Shown: positions 9,708-19,255 of the stretch, in pieces
Position numbering within the stretch: the first letter of the stretch is position 1
Layout: the number at the start of each line of letters is the position of its first letter
Assembly: GCA_965243385.1 (NCBI GenBank)
Contig: CBDEUV010000001.1
Coordinates: 70,299-134,298, forward strand
DNA: 64,000 nt
Direction: 5' to 3'
Source of the DNA: Leptospirales bacterium
GTDB taxonomy: Bacteria; Spirochaetota; Leptospiria; Leptospirales; Leptonemataceae
Translations under genes and position numbers: made by a program
The notes under the pieces: generated by a model
Told to the model about the DNA's origin: nothing
What the model saw: only the letters and a program-made list of their open reading frames with translations
The model's database searches: none

Positions 9708-12700
9708 TCAAACGACGGCCGCCCGAATGGCCCGACTCAGTATTTGTAGATTGTCCGCTTCGAATACGGAAAAGTGACCGCCCGCAAGAGCGCGCACGTC
9801 GAGCTGCCCGCGAATCAATTCGCGCCAGGCGGCCGGCACACGGTCCACGCCGCCCGAGGCGAAGTACACCGCGTCGATGTCGGCGGCGACGGGTCGGTAA
9901 GCCATTTCCGCGACGACGTTCGCGGCGAATACCGGCAGGACCTGCAACAGCTCGCCGCCGAATTGCGTAAAGGTGCGCAGCAAAGCGGCCAAATCGAACG
10001 CGGCCGCGCCTGTCTGCAACGCGTTCGCGGATATGCCTGGCAGTCCGGCGGCCCGGCGCAGATCGGATTCGCCTGGATACAGAACTCGCCAGAGATTGCT
10101 CCAATCGCCGCTCAGGGCCACGCCCTGTAGCGGACAATCGATCAAGAAGAGCGCCTGAATCGCTTCGCCCTCTTCGCGCAACAATCGCGACATTTCAAAT
10201 GCCACCTGGCCTCCAAAGGACCAGCCGCCGATCGCGTACGGTCCCGCGGCCTGCACGCCGCGCATGGCGCTAACGAATTCGCGGGCAATCTCGCGAGCCG
10301 AGTACCGGGGCCAGCGTCCGTCGCCCGGGGCGCCCGGAGTTTGCAATCCGAAGCTGGCGATCCCGTCGCCGAGCTCCGCCGCCAGCGGTAGATAACACAG
10401 CGAATTGCCCGCGGTGGGCGGCGCCAGAAAAAGATTTACCCGCGCGCCGGCCGGTTCTTGCAGCGGTACGATTAGATCGCCGCCTTCGCGCCCGGCGGAC
10501 TTCGCTTCCGTGTTCGGCGAAGCCTGTGGTCTTTCCTGGCCGACTCCGGCCGCTGCCAGCAGGCGCGCCTGTTCCGCGACAGTCTGATGAGCCATAAAAT
10601 CGCGGAGTTGAAACTCCGGCCAGACTTCGCGGCGCAAGCGGGCCACGGTTTGAAACGCCAGCAGGGAGTTTCCGCCCAGCATAAAAAAATTTTCGTGCAC
10701 TCCGACGCTTTCCCGATTCAGGACCGCGCTCCAGGTTTCGGCCAGGAGTTTTTCGACGGGATTCCCGGGGGCGCCGGTCGGTTCCCGATTCGCTGCGCCT
10801 CCCGGGTCGGGCAACGCCCGGCGGTCGATTTTACCGTTCGGCGTGAGCGGCCACTCATCGAGTGCGAGGAAAAACGAGGGGATCATATGACCCGGCAAGC
10901 GGTCGCGCAGAAAGCGCCCGCATTCCTCCGCCAGAGTCGCGCGCTTCGCGTTCGCGCCGTTTTCGCGCCCGTCTTCGTTCAAAACCAGATAGGCGACCAG
11001 AGCCTGATTGGCGGGCGGGTCGCCTCGCAGGCTGACGAGCGCTTCGCGTACGCCCGGCATAGCTTTCAGGTGCGTTTCAATTTCGCCTGGCTCGATTCGA
11101 TGTCCGCGCAGTTTGACCTGGTGATCCAGACGTCCCAGAAATTCGATTTCGCCGCCCGCTTCTTCGAGAAAACGACCGCGATCGCCGGTGCGATAGAGCC
11201 GCCGCCCGCCTTCTTCGACAAAGCGGGCGGCCGTACTCTCCGGCTGATTCCAATAACCCGCCGCGACTCCTTCTCCGCCGATCCAGATTTCGCCTGGCAC
11301 GCCGGCCAGCACATTCGCGCCGGCTTCGTTTCGAATATAAATCTGCGTATTCGCGATCGGCGTGCCGATGGTAATGCGCTCAGGATCCTGGACTTCGAAA
11401 ACGCACGACCAGATGGTGGTTTCCGTCGGACCGTACATATTTAAAACCCGCCCCGCAAAGCGGTCCGCGCTCAACTCCCGGGCCAGATCGTCAGGAAAAG
11501 CTTCGCCGCCGACCAGCAGCGTTTGAATCGATTTCAGCGCGGCGGCGGAGTTCTCGTCCGCCAGCAACATGCGCGCAAACGACGGCGTGCACTGCATATG
11601 GGATATATCCCAGGCTTCGATCAACTCCTGGGTGGATCGCGCTTCCTGATCCATTCGCTTCCAGCTGTTCCGGAGAGCGTCGAGGTGTATCATGTTTTCG
11701 AGCACCAGATCCGTTTCGACGCCGAAGTCGATCAGGCAGGCGATTTCATCCACCTCCAGCTCTTTTAGTTTGCGGACCAGTTCCAGGCAACTCTCCGGCG
11801 AACCGAAGAGACCCATCTCGCTCATATAACGATCCAGAGTTTGCTCGAGCATTCGGTCGGCGTCTTCGGACGAGAGCTCTTGCGCCGGCAAATCCGTAAA
11901 TGTCTTCATGGCGGATCGTGCGAGCGACGAAGAGGAACGAATATAATCGCGCAGCGGTCCGCGCGCGGTATTCAGGGCGAATTCCCGATCCGCGGCGACA
12001 AAGGCGTGCAACATCAAAACGACGCGACCCGTTCCAACATGACCTGCTTCACGACGCGCCGCACGGTACTGCTGAATACGATCGGCCAATCCTTTTAGAT
12101 CCTGGCCCAGCAGGTGGGTCAGGACGCCGGCTCCGGAACGGCCGGCCAGCCGAAAGGTCTCCGGGTTGGTCGCCGCCGTCAGGAAGACGGGCAGTTCCGC
12201 CTGGACCGGGCGCGGATGCAATTCGATCCGCACCGCTTCGCCGTCCCCGCTCCGCATTGTTAAGGATTCGCCCCGCCAGAGTCGGCGGACCTGATCGAGA
12301 TGGCTTTCCAGTACGGAACGTCGTTTTGCAAAACGATCGGGAGCCAGGGCGAAATCCGCGGGATGCCAGCCGGTGGCGAACGAAAGCTCGACCCGACCGC
12401 CGGACAGGTTGTCGACAACGCTCCACTCTTCCGCAACCCGGACCGGTTCGTGCAGAGGCAAGACCACGCTCCCGGCGCGAATTCGAATGCGCTTCGTAAG
12501 CACGGCCAGAGCCGCGGCCGTAACCGACGGGTTCGGGAATAATCCGCCGAAGCGGTGGAAATGTCGTTCAGGAAGCCAAACGCCGGCGAAGCCGCGGTCG
12601 TCCGCGAATTTCGCACCTTCCAGTAACAGGCGATAAGCGTCCGACCCGGCGCTGTCGTCGCCCGCGAAATAGAATACGCTGAAGTCCAGTTCGCGTACGC

Positions 12701-15700
12701 TCCGGGTCGGAGGCGCGTCGTCGGCCTGGATGACCACTGTGAATCCCCGACTGAGAGTCCAGAGTAATTCGAGTACGGAGATATCGAAGGAGATGCTCGT
12801 TACCGCCAGCCAGACGCCGGGATGATCGGTCCCGGGCTCGATGCGATCATCCATGCCGGCGAAGAAATTTACAACGTTGCGATGCGACACGACGACTCCG
12901 CGCGGTCGTCCGGTCGAACCGGATGTATACAGAATGTACGCAGGATCTTCCGGGCGGGCCTGCCGCCCCCCGGTCGCGCCGTCGCCGATCGCAGATAGCG
13001 ATTCCGCTTCGTCAGGCTGCGGAGAAATCAGTCGCGGGTCTCCAGGTGCGAAACCGGGCGGAGTTTCGCCTTCGTCGGATATGATGAGCTGCAGGTCAGC
13101 GTCCTGAGTGATAAACGCCAGGCGTTCCGCCGGATAGTCGGGATCGAGCGGAATATAGGCGGCGCCGGCGGCGAGCACCGCGGGTAACGCGATGGCCATT
13201 TCGAGTGAACGACGCAAATAGATACCGACCCGGACGCCGGGACCGGCCCCGCGGCTTCGCAGCCGACGCGCAAGCTCTAGAATACGCTCCTGCAGTTCGA
13301 GATAACTCAGCCGGCGATCTTCAAAGACCAGAGCGATTCGATCCGGCGTCCGTTCGACCTGGTCGAGAATCGCCGCGTCAATGCGCGCGTCCCGCGGGAA
13401 TTCACGCTCGGTATCATTCCAGCGCGCTCGTTCCTCAAGCTGAGCCGGCGTGAGCAATTCCGCCGTAAACAAGGAGTCGCGCTCGCCCCGGCTCCGCAGA
13501 GAGTCCAGAAAGAACGCGTACGTTTCGCGCAGGCCGCGAACGCTGCGCCTGGAATAACGATCGCGGCGAAACTTAAACGCCAGCCGCAGTCCGTCAGCCG
13601 TTCGCACCGCTTCGAGAATCAAGTCGAATTGCGATTCCTGTTGAACGATCTGGACTTCCGTCCAGGCCTCGCCGGAATCGCCGGCGAAATCCAGGGCGGG
13701 ATCTTTCCGGCGCGCGTCGAGAAAATTATATAGAACTTGAAATCCCGGAGTACGATCGACCGCTCGCGGCAGATCAAATTGTTCGACCAGCAGCGAATAC
13801 GGATAATCGCGGTGGGCCTGGGCCTTCGCCGCGGTATCGCGGACTGAGGCCACGAATTCTCGAAGCGAGGGATCGCCTTCCACAATGGAACGGATCAACA
13901 CGGCGTTGGAAAAATATCCCGGCACGTCGTCGAAGCCCGTTTCCGGGCGAATATCGGTAAGCATCCCGATAACCAGATCCCGCTCTCCGGATAGCCGATG
14001 CAATATTCCCAGAAAGGCTGCGAGCAGAACCGTCGAGAGGGTCGCGTCCAGATCGCTTCCGAATTCCTGCAGACTGTGCAACGACGCCTCATCCAAAAAA
14101 AAGGCTTCCAGTTGCTCCGCTCCGCCCGCGCCGCGTTCGCGTTCCAGCGGAAGACTCACGTCGGGCAATCCGCCGTCGCGGCCGGTCACTTCGCGCCAGA
14201 AATCCGCCAGCTGCGCTCCCCGGGGTCCGGCGAGCATGGCGCGCTGCCCGGCGACGAAATCGCTGTAGTCGTAGAGCGGGCGCTGCCGCGCCGCGATGCC
14301 GCGCGCATAAATCTCCCGCAACTCGCGAACCAGCAGTTGGATCGATCGGTGGTCTACGATTAAATGATGAAAGCCGAGGAGTAAGTACGTGGCGCCTTCG
14401 CTATCGGGCAGCATGACCGCGCGCCACAGCGGGCCTGCCTCCAGATCGAAGGGGCGACGGTGCTCGACCTGAAGCTGTTGAATCGCGGCGGCGACATCGT
14501 GCTGCGAATGAGGATTCGCGTCGCCGGCATCATCCCGGCTATGGCGGCCGGCACCCGCATGCGCGTCGTCTATTGTGGTGAGCTCAACGCGTTTGCATAT
14601 CGGAGCCGGCGCCGAATAGATGGGACCGGTCGGCCGGCCGCTTCGAGCGGGAAAAGTCGAACTCAGAATCGGATAACGCGCCGCCAGACACTGCAACGCC
14701 AGATTCAGACGCTCTTCGTCCAGAGCTTCCGGAACGCGAAGCAGGCTGGCCACATTGTAGGCCGTGTCCTCTGGATCGGCCTGGTACAGAAACCAGAGCG
14801 CGGACTGACCGTGACTGAGGCCCGCCGTATCTCCGGACGAAAGTCCGGGGTCGGCAAAGGCGTGCGGCGGCGCGAATTCAGAATCAGCGTTTCGAGCGCC
14901 CCTTGCCAGTTCGTCCAGCCGGGCGCCCGTCAATACGGCTCCGGGCTGGATATCAATGCCGTAGCTTTCACGCAGATGACGTCGCAGGCGCAAGGCCAGC
15001 AGGGAGTCGACTCCCAGAGCGACCAGAGAACGGTTCCAGTCGGGATCGCCTGAAATGAACGGGCTAAGAAAATCGCGAATGCCGTTTCGCAATTGTCCGG
15101 GATCGACTGCGCCCACGGAGCGTTCGGACCACTCATCCCGCAACTCGGCGCGCAGGCTTTCGGCCAGGGCCGCCACTGCGCCCGGCCGGCGCTCCTCCGG
15201 GGGCCCTGCTGCCGACGAATTCGGCGGATCGTCCGCGCCGATCTTCGATCCCGACCGCTTTCCGAGAAATGCGAAGATCTGCGCTTCCGTTGGCCGCGGT
15301 AGATCTTCGAGTCGGTCATCAGGATGTCTCAAAATCCGCGCGACGACGACGCGGTAGTGCTCGGCCATCGCGAGAATGGTCTCTTTGGAAAACAGGTCTT
15401 CGGAGTATTCCCATACCGTGCGCAGGCGGTGCTTCTGGTCTTCCAGATACAAAAACAAATCGAAGTCGACCCCCGCCCCCACCGGGCCCGCGGCTTCGAC
15501 GAAGATATCTTCCAGTTCCAGGTTTGCGCGGGGGGTATTGAGCAACGAAAACAGAACGCGCGCGGGCTGCTGAGGACCGCGCGATAGACGAGCGGCGTAC
15601 TGAAACGGCAGATCCTGGTGCGCAAAGGCGCCGTCCGCCGCAATGCGCGCCCGTTCGATGAGTTCGACGCAGGTGGGGTTGCCGGATAAATCGGCGCCCA

Positions 15701-16679
15701 GCAGAACCAGGTTGTTAAAATAGCCGACCAGGTTCTCCAGCCCGGGACGATTGCGACAGGCTACCGGCGAGCAGACGAAAAATTTATCGCGCCGGCTGTG
15801 CCCGAAGTGATACAAAACGACGAAGAACGCGGCGAGCGCCACGGAATTGAGAGTCGTACGCCGGGCTCCGGCGAATCTTTTTAGATCGCGGGCGAAACTC
15901 TCGGGCCATTGAATTTGCAGCCGGCGTCCGGTATGCCGGGCATGCGCCTGCGCTTCGGGCAGCGGCGGCGAAACCAGGTCGCGTTCGCCGATTACGGAAT
16001 TCCAGTATCCGAGCAGATCTTCGAGCAAACCGGGTGTCGCCAGCCAGCTTCTCTGCCAGGCCGCGAAATCCGCGAAATTGAGCGGCAACGTTGGAAGTTG
16101 CGAAAGCTGATCTGCTTCGCCGTTACGACAGGCCGCATAAAGGCGCGCCAGGTCGCGATGGATTGTATCCAGGGACCAGTAATCGAAGGCGATGTGATGA
16201 AATTCCAGACACAGAATATGTAGCTTCGCTTCGACCCGCCAGAGACGCGGGCGAAAGGGCGCTTCGCTTCGCAGGTCGAAAGGGATCTCAGGAATCGCGT
16301 TGAGCATCTCCGTTAATTCGCCTTCGTCGACGACCGCGGGCATCGTTTCCACGACCAGGGGCCGGCGCGCGAAGGCGCTGAGCCGCATCCGCGGACTGCC
16401 CCGCTTTTCAAAAAATCGAGCGTCAAGAATGGGATGGCGTTCCCGCAGGCGCACGAGGGCTAATTCCAGCGCCGGCAGCTCGAGTGCGCCGCGCAGCCGA
16501 TAACACAGCGCCCGGTTATGGCCGGAGTGACCCGAAAAGCTCGCCTCCCAGATCCGTTCCTGGCCGGGAGTCAGCGCCGCGTCGGCTTCCGCCAGACCCG
16601 CCTGTAAGGGCGGCCCGGAGTTCTGCAATTCCAGCAGTCGCCGCAAACCGAACAACGCGCCCGTATCTGTTCCGCTCAT
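9708..16679 (-). CDS. Non-ribosomal peptide synthetase, C-T-C-A(LLM monooxygenase insert)-T-TE
   Basis: 2,323 aa.
- C1: 'FHHIAFDYWS' (~16.18 kb).
- T1: 'LGVDSLLAL' (~15.0 kb).
- C2: 'FHHLIVDHRS' (~14.36 kb).
- A motifs: 'YILYTSGSTGRPRG', 'SISFDISV', then 'NMYGPTETT', 'YRTGD' and 'GRLDHQVKLRGHRIE'.
- Luciferase-like block, between 'FDIS' and 'YGPTE': 'LDFSVFYFAGDD...GVWLPERHF...ATGWHP'.
- T2: 'LGGNSLLA' (~10.67 kb).
- TE: 'GGWSFGG' (~10.22 kb).
A good RBS (GAGAGGAG) precedes the ATG. Confidence 0.9.
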   Translation of the reverse strand: MSGTDTGALFGLRRLLELQNSGPPLQAGLAEADAALTPGQERIWEASFSGHSGHNRALCYRLRGALELPALELALVRLRERHPILDARFFEKRGSPRMRLSAFARRPLVVETMPAVVDEGELTEMLNAIPEIPFDLRSEAPFRPRLWRVEAKLHILCLEFHHIAFDYWSLDTIHRDLARLYAACRNGEADQLSQLPTLPLNFADFAAWQRSWLATPGLLEDLLGYWNSVIGERDLVSPPLPEAQAHARHTGRRLQIQWPESFARDLKRFAGARRTTLNSVALAAFFVVLYHFGHSRRDKFFVCSPVACRNRPGLENLVGYFNNLVLLGADLSGNPTCVELIERARIAADGAFAHQDLPFQYAARLSRGPQQPARVLFSLLNTPRANLELEDIFVEAAGPVGAGVDFDLFLYLEDQKHRLRTVWEYSEDLFSKETILAMAEHYRVVVARILRHPDDRLEDLPRPTEAQIFAFLGKRSGSKIGADDPPNSSAAGPPEERRPGAVAALAESLRAELRDEWSERSVGAVDPGQLRNGIRDFLSPFISGDPDWNRSLVALGVDSLLALRLRRHLRESYGIDIQPGAVLTGARLDELARGARNADSEFAPPHAFADPGLSSGDTAGLSHGQSALWFLYQADPEDTAYNVASLLRVPEALDEERLNLALQCLAARYPILSSTFPARSGRPTGPIYSAPAPICKRVELTTIDDAHAGAGRHSRDDAGDANPHSQHDVAAAIQQLQVEHRRPFDLEAGPLWRAVMLPDSEGATYLLLGFHHLIVDHRSIQLLVRELREIYARGIAARQRPLYDYSDFVAGQRAMLAGPRGAQLADFWREVTGRDGGLPDVSLPLERERGAGGAEQLEAFFLDEASLHSLQEFGSDLDATLSTVLLAAFLGILHRLSGERDLVIGMLTDIRPETGFDDVPGYFSNAVLIRSIVEGDPSLREFVASVRDTAAKAQAHRDYPYSLLVEQFDLPRAVDRTPGFQVLYNFLDARRKDPALDFAGDSGEAWTEVQIVQQESQFDLILEAVRTADGLRLAFKFRRDRYSRRSVRGLRETYAFFLDSLRSRGERDSLFTAELLTPAQLEERARWNDTEREFPRDARIDAAILDQVERTPDRIALVFEDRRLSYLELQERILELARRLRSRGAGPGVRVGIYLRRSLEMAIALPAVLAAGAAYIPLDPDYPAERLAFITQDADLQLIISDEGETPPGFAPGDPRLISPQPDEAESLSAIGDGATGGRQARPEDPAYILYTSGSTGRPRGVVVSHRNVVNFFAGMDDRIEPGTDHPGVWLAVTSISFDISVLELLWTLSRGFTVVIQADDAPPTRSVRELDFSVFYFAGDDSAGSDAYRLLLEGAKFADDRGFAGVWLPERHFHRFGGLFPNPSVTAAALAVLTKRIRIRAGSVVLPLHEPVRVAEEWSVVDNLSGGRVELSFATGWHPADFALAPDRFAKRRSVLESHLDQVRRLWRGESLTMRSGDGEAVRIELHPRPVQAELPVFLTAATNPETFRLAGRSGAGVLTHLLGQDLKGLADRIQQYRAARREAGHVGTGRVVLMLHAFVAADREFALNTARGPLRDYIRSSSSLARSAMKTFTDLPAQELSSEDADRMLEQTLDRYMSEMGLFGSPESCLELVRKLKELEVDEIACLIDFGVETDLVLENMIHLDALRNSWKRMDQEARSTQELIEAWDISHMQCTPSFARMLLADENSAAALKSIQTLLVGGEAFPDDLARELSADRFAGRVLNMYGPTETTIWSCVFEVQDPERITIGTPIANTQIYIRNEAGANVLAGVPGEIWIGGEGVAAGYWNQPESTAARFVEEGGRRLYRTGDRGRFLEEAGGEIEFLGRLDHQVKLRGHRIEPGEIETHLKAMPGVREALVSLRGDPPANQALVAYLVLNEDGRENGANAKRATLAEECGRFLRDRLPGHMIPSFFLALDEWPLTPNGKIDRRALPDPGGAANREPTGAPGNPVEKLLAETWSAVLNRESVGVHENFFMLGGNSLLAFQTVARLRREVWPEFQLRDFMAHQTVAEQARLLAAAGVGQERPQASPNTEAKSAGREGGDLIVPLQEPAGARVNLFLAPPTAGNSLCYLPLAAELGDGIASFGLQTPGAPGDGRWPRYSAREIAREFVSAMRGVQAAGPYAIGGWSFGGQVAFEMSRLLREEGEAIQALFLIDCPLQGVALSGDWSNLWRVLYPGESDLRRAAGLPGISANALQTGAAAFDLAALLRTFTQFGGELLQVLPVFAANVVAEMAYRPVAADIDAVYFASGGVDRVPAAWRELIRGQLDVRALAGGHFSVFEADNLQILSRAIRAAVV

Positions 16680-16698
16680 AGATAGCTCCTCTCGCCAT

Positions 16699-17367
16699 CT
16701 AGGCCGGTGCTTGCATGCGGATCGCGATGGCGGGTAGATCGTGATGCGGCCGCTGGCGAATTACGATGCAGTCCGCGATATCGAGCCACTCGAAGTACGG
16801 CGCGAAGGCCGAACGGATATTATTCACGCGGCGCTCTTTTAGTTCCCGCTCGCGCGCGGGCGTTTCCGGTTTGCCCTGGTTGGTGCTGCTGATAATCAAT
16901 AAACGCGCACCGGGAGCCGCGTACGTCCGCAGCGTTCGAGCATAACACTCGTAAAAATTCACCGGCATGCCGTGCAAACAACCGCGGTCGAAAAGCGAGT
17001 GATAGATCGGCTGGTCCGCGGTATCGCGACAAATATCCACGACGTCGTACGACAGCCGGCCTTCGATTTCAGGAAAATTTTTGCGCGCGGTGTCGATGGC
17101 CGACGGAGCGACGTCGACGCCTTTCACTGCGAATCCCTGCTCCACAAGCCAGGCGGCCAGTTCGCCCCCGCCGCAACCAATGTCCAGCAACGGCCCACCG
17201 GGTACGAAAAAGCCGTCGCGGACCGCAAGGTTCAGAGCGTCGGGCACGCCGTCGACCCGCCAGAAGGGATCGTAATCTTTGCGCGACCAGCCGTATTCCC
17301 AGACGGAACTCATCTGGTCCATAGCCCAGTCGAGCCCCGCGGTTTTTTTTCCACCCGGGCCGGTCAT
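16699..17367 (-). CDS. SAM-dependent methyltransferase
   Basis: 222 aa. Motif I is 'LLDIGCGGGELAAWLVEQGFAVKGVDVAPSAI'. The start overlaps the stop of the upstream carrier gene (ATGA). Confidence 0.75.
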   Translation of the reverse strand: MTGPGGKKTAGLDWAMDQMSSVWEYGWSRKDYDPFWRVDGVPDALNLAVRDGFFVPGGPLLDIGCGGGELAAWLVEQGFAVKGVDVAPSAIDTARKNFPEIEGRLSYDVVDICRDTADQPIYHSLFDRGCLHGMPVNFYECYARTLRTYAAPGARLLIISSTNQGKPETPARERELKERRVNNIRSAFAPYFEWLDIADCIVIRQRPHHDLPAIAIRMQAPA

Positions 17368-17630
17368 GACGCACCGCTTTCGACCACGAGTTGCGATATC
17401 GCGGCGATGCTCTGAAAATTTTCGAACATGACCTGCTCGGGCGCGATCTGAATCTGGTAGTTTTCTTTGATAAAATTTATCGTTCGGATAATCGCCATCG
17501 AATCCAGAATGCCCAGAGCAATCAGATCCGTTTCCGACTCCAATTCCTCTTCGAGCGCCTCTACCAGAATTTGATCGACAATGAATTTTTTTAATCCCCC
17601 CCGGATGTCTTCCAGTACCAGGTTAGCCAT
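17364..17630 (-). CDS. Stand-alone acyl/peptidyl carrier protein
   Basis: 88 aa and acidic. The phosphopantetheine attachment context is 'LGILDSMAI'. It lies immediately downstream of the adenylating enzyme. Confidence 0.75.
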   Translation of the reverse strand: MANLVLEDIRGGLKKFIVDQILVEALEEELESETDLIALGILDSMAIIRTINFIKENYQIQIAPEQVMFENFQSIAAISQLVVESGAS

Positions 17631-17631
17631 T

Positions 17632-19251
17632 TTATGTTCCTCCTTTTATTAATTCCTGTCCGGTCATTTCAGTGAGCAGAGCCCGCCGATCGATTTTGCC
17701 CGTGGACGTTCGCGGAAACTCCCGCATTAAGATGATCTCATCGGGAACCATATACGCCGGGAGGCGCTCCGCACAGTAGGCCCGCAGACCCGCCGGAGTC
17801 AGTTCGCTGTCCGGATTCGCAATCAGTACGCAGGCCTTCAGAATATTTCCGAATTCGTCGTGCGGTACAGGTACGATCGCGCCTTCTTCCACGGCGGGGT
17901 GCGCGGCGAGCCGCGCCTCGACTTCACCGATTTCAATACGATATCCGCGGCTTTTGATCATTCCGTCCCGGCGCCCGACGAATCGAAAATCGCCGGCCTC
18001 ATCCACGCGCACGATATCGCCTGTGCGATAGGCCGACCGCTCCCGGAGCTGCGAAATTTTTTCCGGATTCAGAAAAGCCTTTCGATTTTCCGGAGTCCGG
18101 TTCCAGTAGCCGCGCATCACTCCGGCGCCGGCCGCGCAGAGTTCGCCTTCGTCGCCGGGCGCGGGATGGGTGATCGCATTCCCTTCGTCGTCGATCAGAA
18201 AAACGCGCGTATTGGCGCAGGCCCGGCCGATGGGCAGACTGCTTTCATCCGTCCCGGGAAGTTCCGCGACCCGATAATAAGTACAAACGTTGGTTTCCGT
18301 CGGACCGTACAGGTTATAGTACTGCGGGCCCGGCAGCAGCGAACGCAATCGGCGCAGATGTTTGAGCGGAAAGACCTCCCCCGCGAAAAGCACATAACGC
18401 AGGGCGCTCAAATCCTGCGCCGGCAGGTCGCCGCGCAGAGTCAACTGGATCAGCGCCGAAGGAACCGAGTACCAGACCGTAATGCGTCGTTCCGCGACGA
18501 ATTGCGCGAGCCGGGTCGGGAACAGGGCGACTTCGGGGGGAATCAAATGGACCGCCGCGCCGGCCGCGAAGCTGACGAACAGGTCGAAAATCGAAAGGTC
18601 GAAATGAAAAGGCGCGTGCGAGCTCACCCGATCATCCGGCTTCAACTGAAACTGCTCCCCGGCCCATTCGATGAAAGTCAGAGCCGCGCGATGATCGATC
18701 ATAACCCCTTTCGGCGCGCCGGTTGAACCGGAGGTATACAGGATATAAGCGAGTGATTGTTCGGTACTATCGCGCGTTAAGTCGCAGGCGTCGCGATCTA
18801 CGCGCTCCTGCGCGGCGGCGGAGCCATGCACGGAAATCATCGGAACGTCGAGGACACCGCCGGCCCGCAGCCGTTTCTCGCTCTTTTCGTCCACGACCAA
18901 CGCGCGACACTCACAATCCCGCGCAATCAAGGCCAGCCTGGCCTTCGGCGCGTTCGGATCCAGCGGCACATACGCGGCCCCCGCCTTTACGGCGCCGAGC
19001 AGAGCCGCGACGGTAGCCGGCGATTTGCGAGCGCACACTCCCACGCGATCGCCCGGGCGGACCCCCGCCGCCGTCAGAGTCCGCGCGAAGTCGTCGGCCA
19101 GCGCGTTCAACTCCGCGTAGCTGAGCTCCGCTTCGACGTCGACTACGGCGGGACGGGTCGGATACTCCCGGGCCGAACGTTCTATGATATGCTGAATCAG
19201 GTACATGGCGATTTTAGTTTTACCGGCGGATTGAGCGATGCGAATGAACAT
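17632..19251 (-). CDS. Stand-alone adenylation enzyme (amino acid--carrier protein ligase, PltF/CloN4/DltA-like)
   Basis: AMP-binding motifs: 'YILYTSGSTGAPKGV', 'YNLYGPTETNV', 'YRTGD', 'GRRDGMIKSRGYRIE' and 'TSTGKIDR'. There is no C or T domain. An alternative start is the ATG at 19206 (MYLIQHII...). Confidence 0.85.
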   Translation of the reverse strand: MFIRIAQSAGKTKIAMYLIQHIIERSAREYPTRPAVVDVEAELSYAELNALADDFARTLTAAGVRPGDRVGVCARKSPATVAALLGAVKAGAAYVPLDPNAPKARLALIARDCECRALVVDEKSEKRLRAGGVLDVPMISVHGSAAAQERVDRDACDLTRDSTEQSLAYILYTSGSTGAPKGVMIDHRAALTFIEWAGEQFQLKPDDRVSSHAPFHFDLSIFDLFVSFAAGAAVHLIPPEVALFPTRLAQFVAERRITVWYSVPSALIQLTLRGDLPAQDLSALRYVLFAGEVFPLKHLRRLRSLLPGPQYYNLYGPTETNVCTYYRVAELPGTDESSLPIGRACANTRVFLIDDEGNAITHPAPGDEGELCAAGAGVMRGYWNRTPENRKAFLNPEKISQLRERSAYRTGDIVRVDEAGDFRFVGRRDGMIKSRGYRIEIGEVEARLAAHPAVEEGAIVPVPHDEFGNILKACVLIANPDSELTPAGLRAYCAERLPAYMVPDEIILMREFPRTSTGKIDRRALLTEMTGQELIKGGT

Positions 19252-19255
19252 CGCG

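Noticed and set aside
9613-10137. N-terminal extension of the FAH-family ORF (8716..10137)
   Set aside because: It is extremely Arg-rich and low in complexity, and it overlaps the 3' end (TE domain) of the NRPS gene on the same strand. FAH-family similarity starts only after ~9.6 kb.
10587-16503. Plus-strand ORFs antisense to the NRPS (e.g. 10587..11444, 11900..12499, 14460..15053)
   Set aside because: Antisense shadow ORFs in a GC-rich gene. The NRPS frame carries the full ordered set of C, A, T and TE core motifs.
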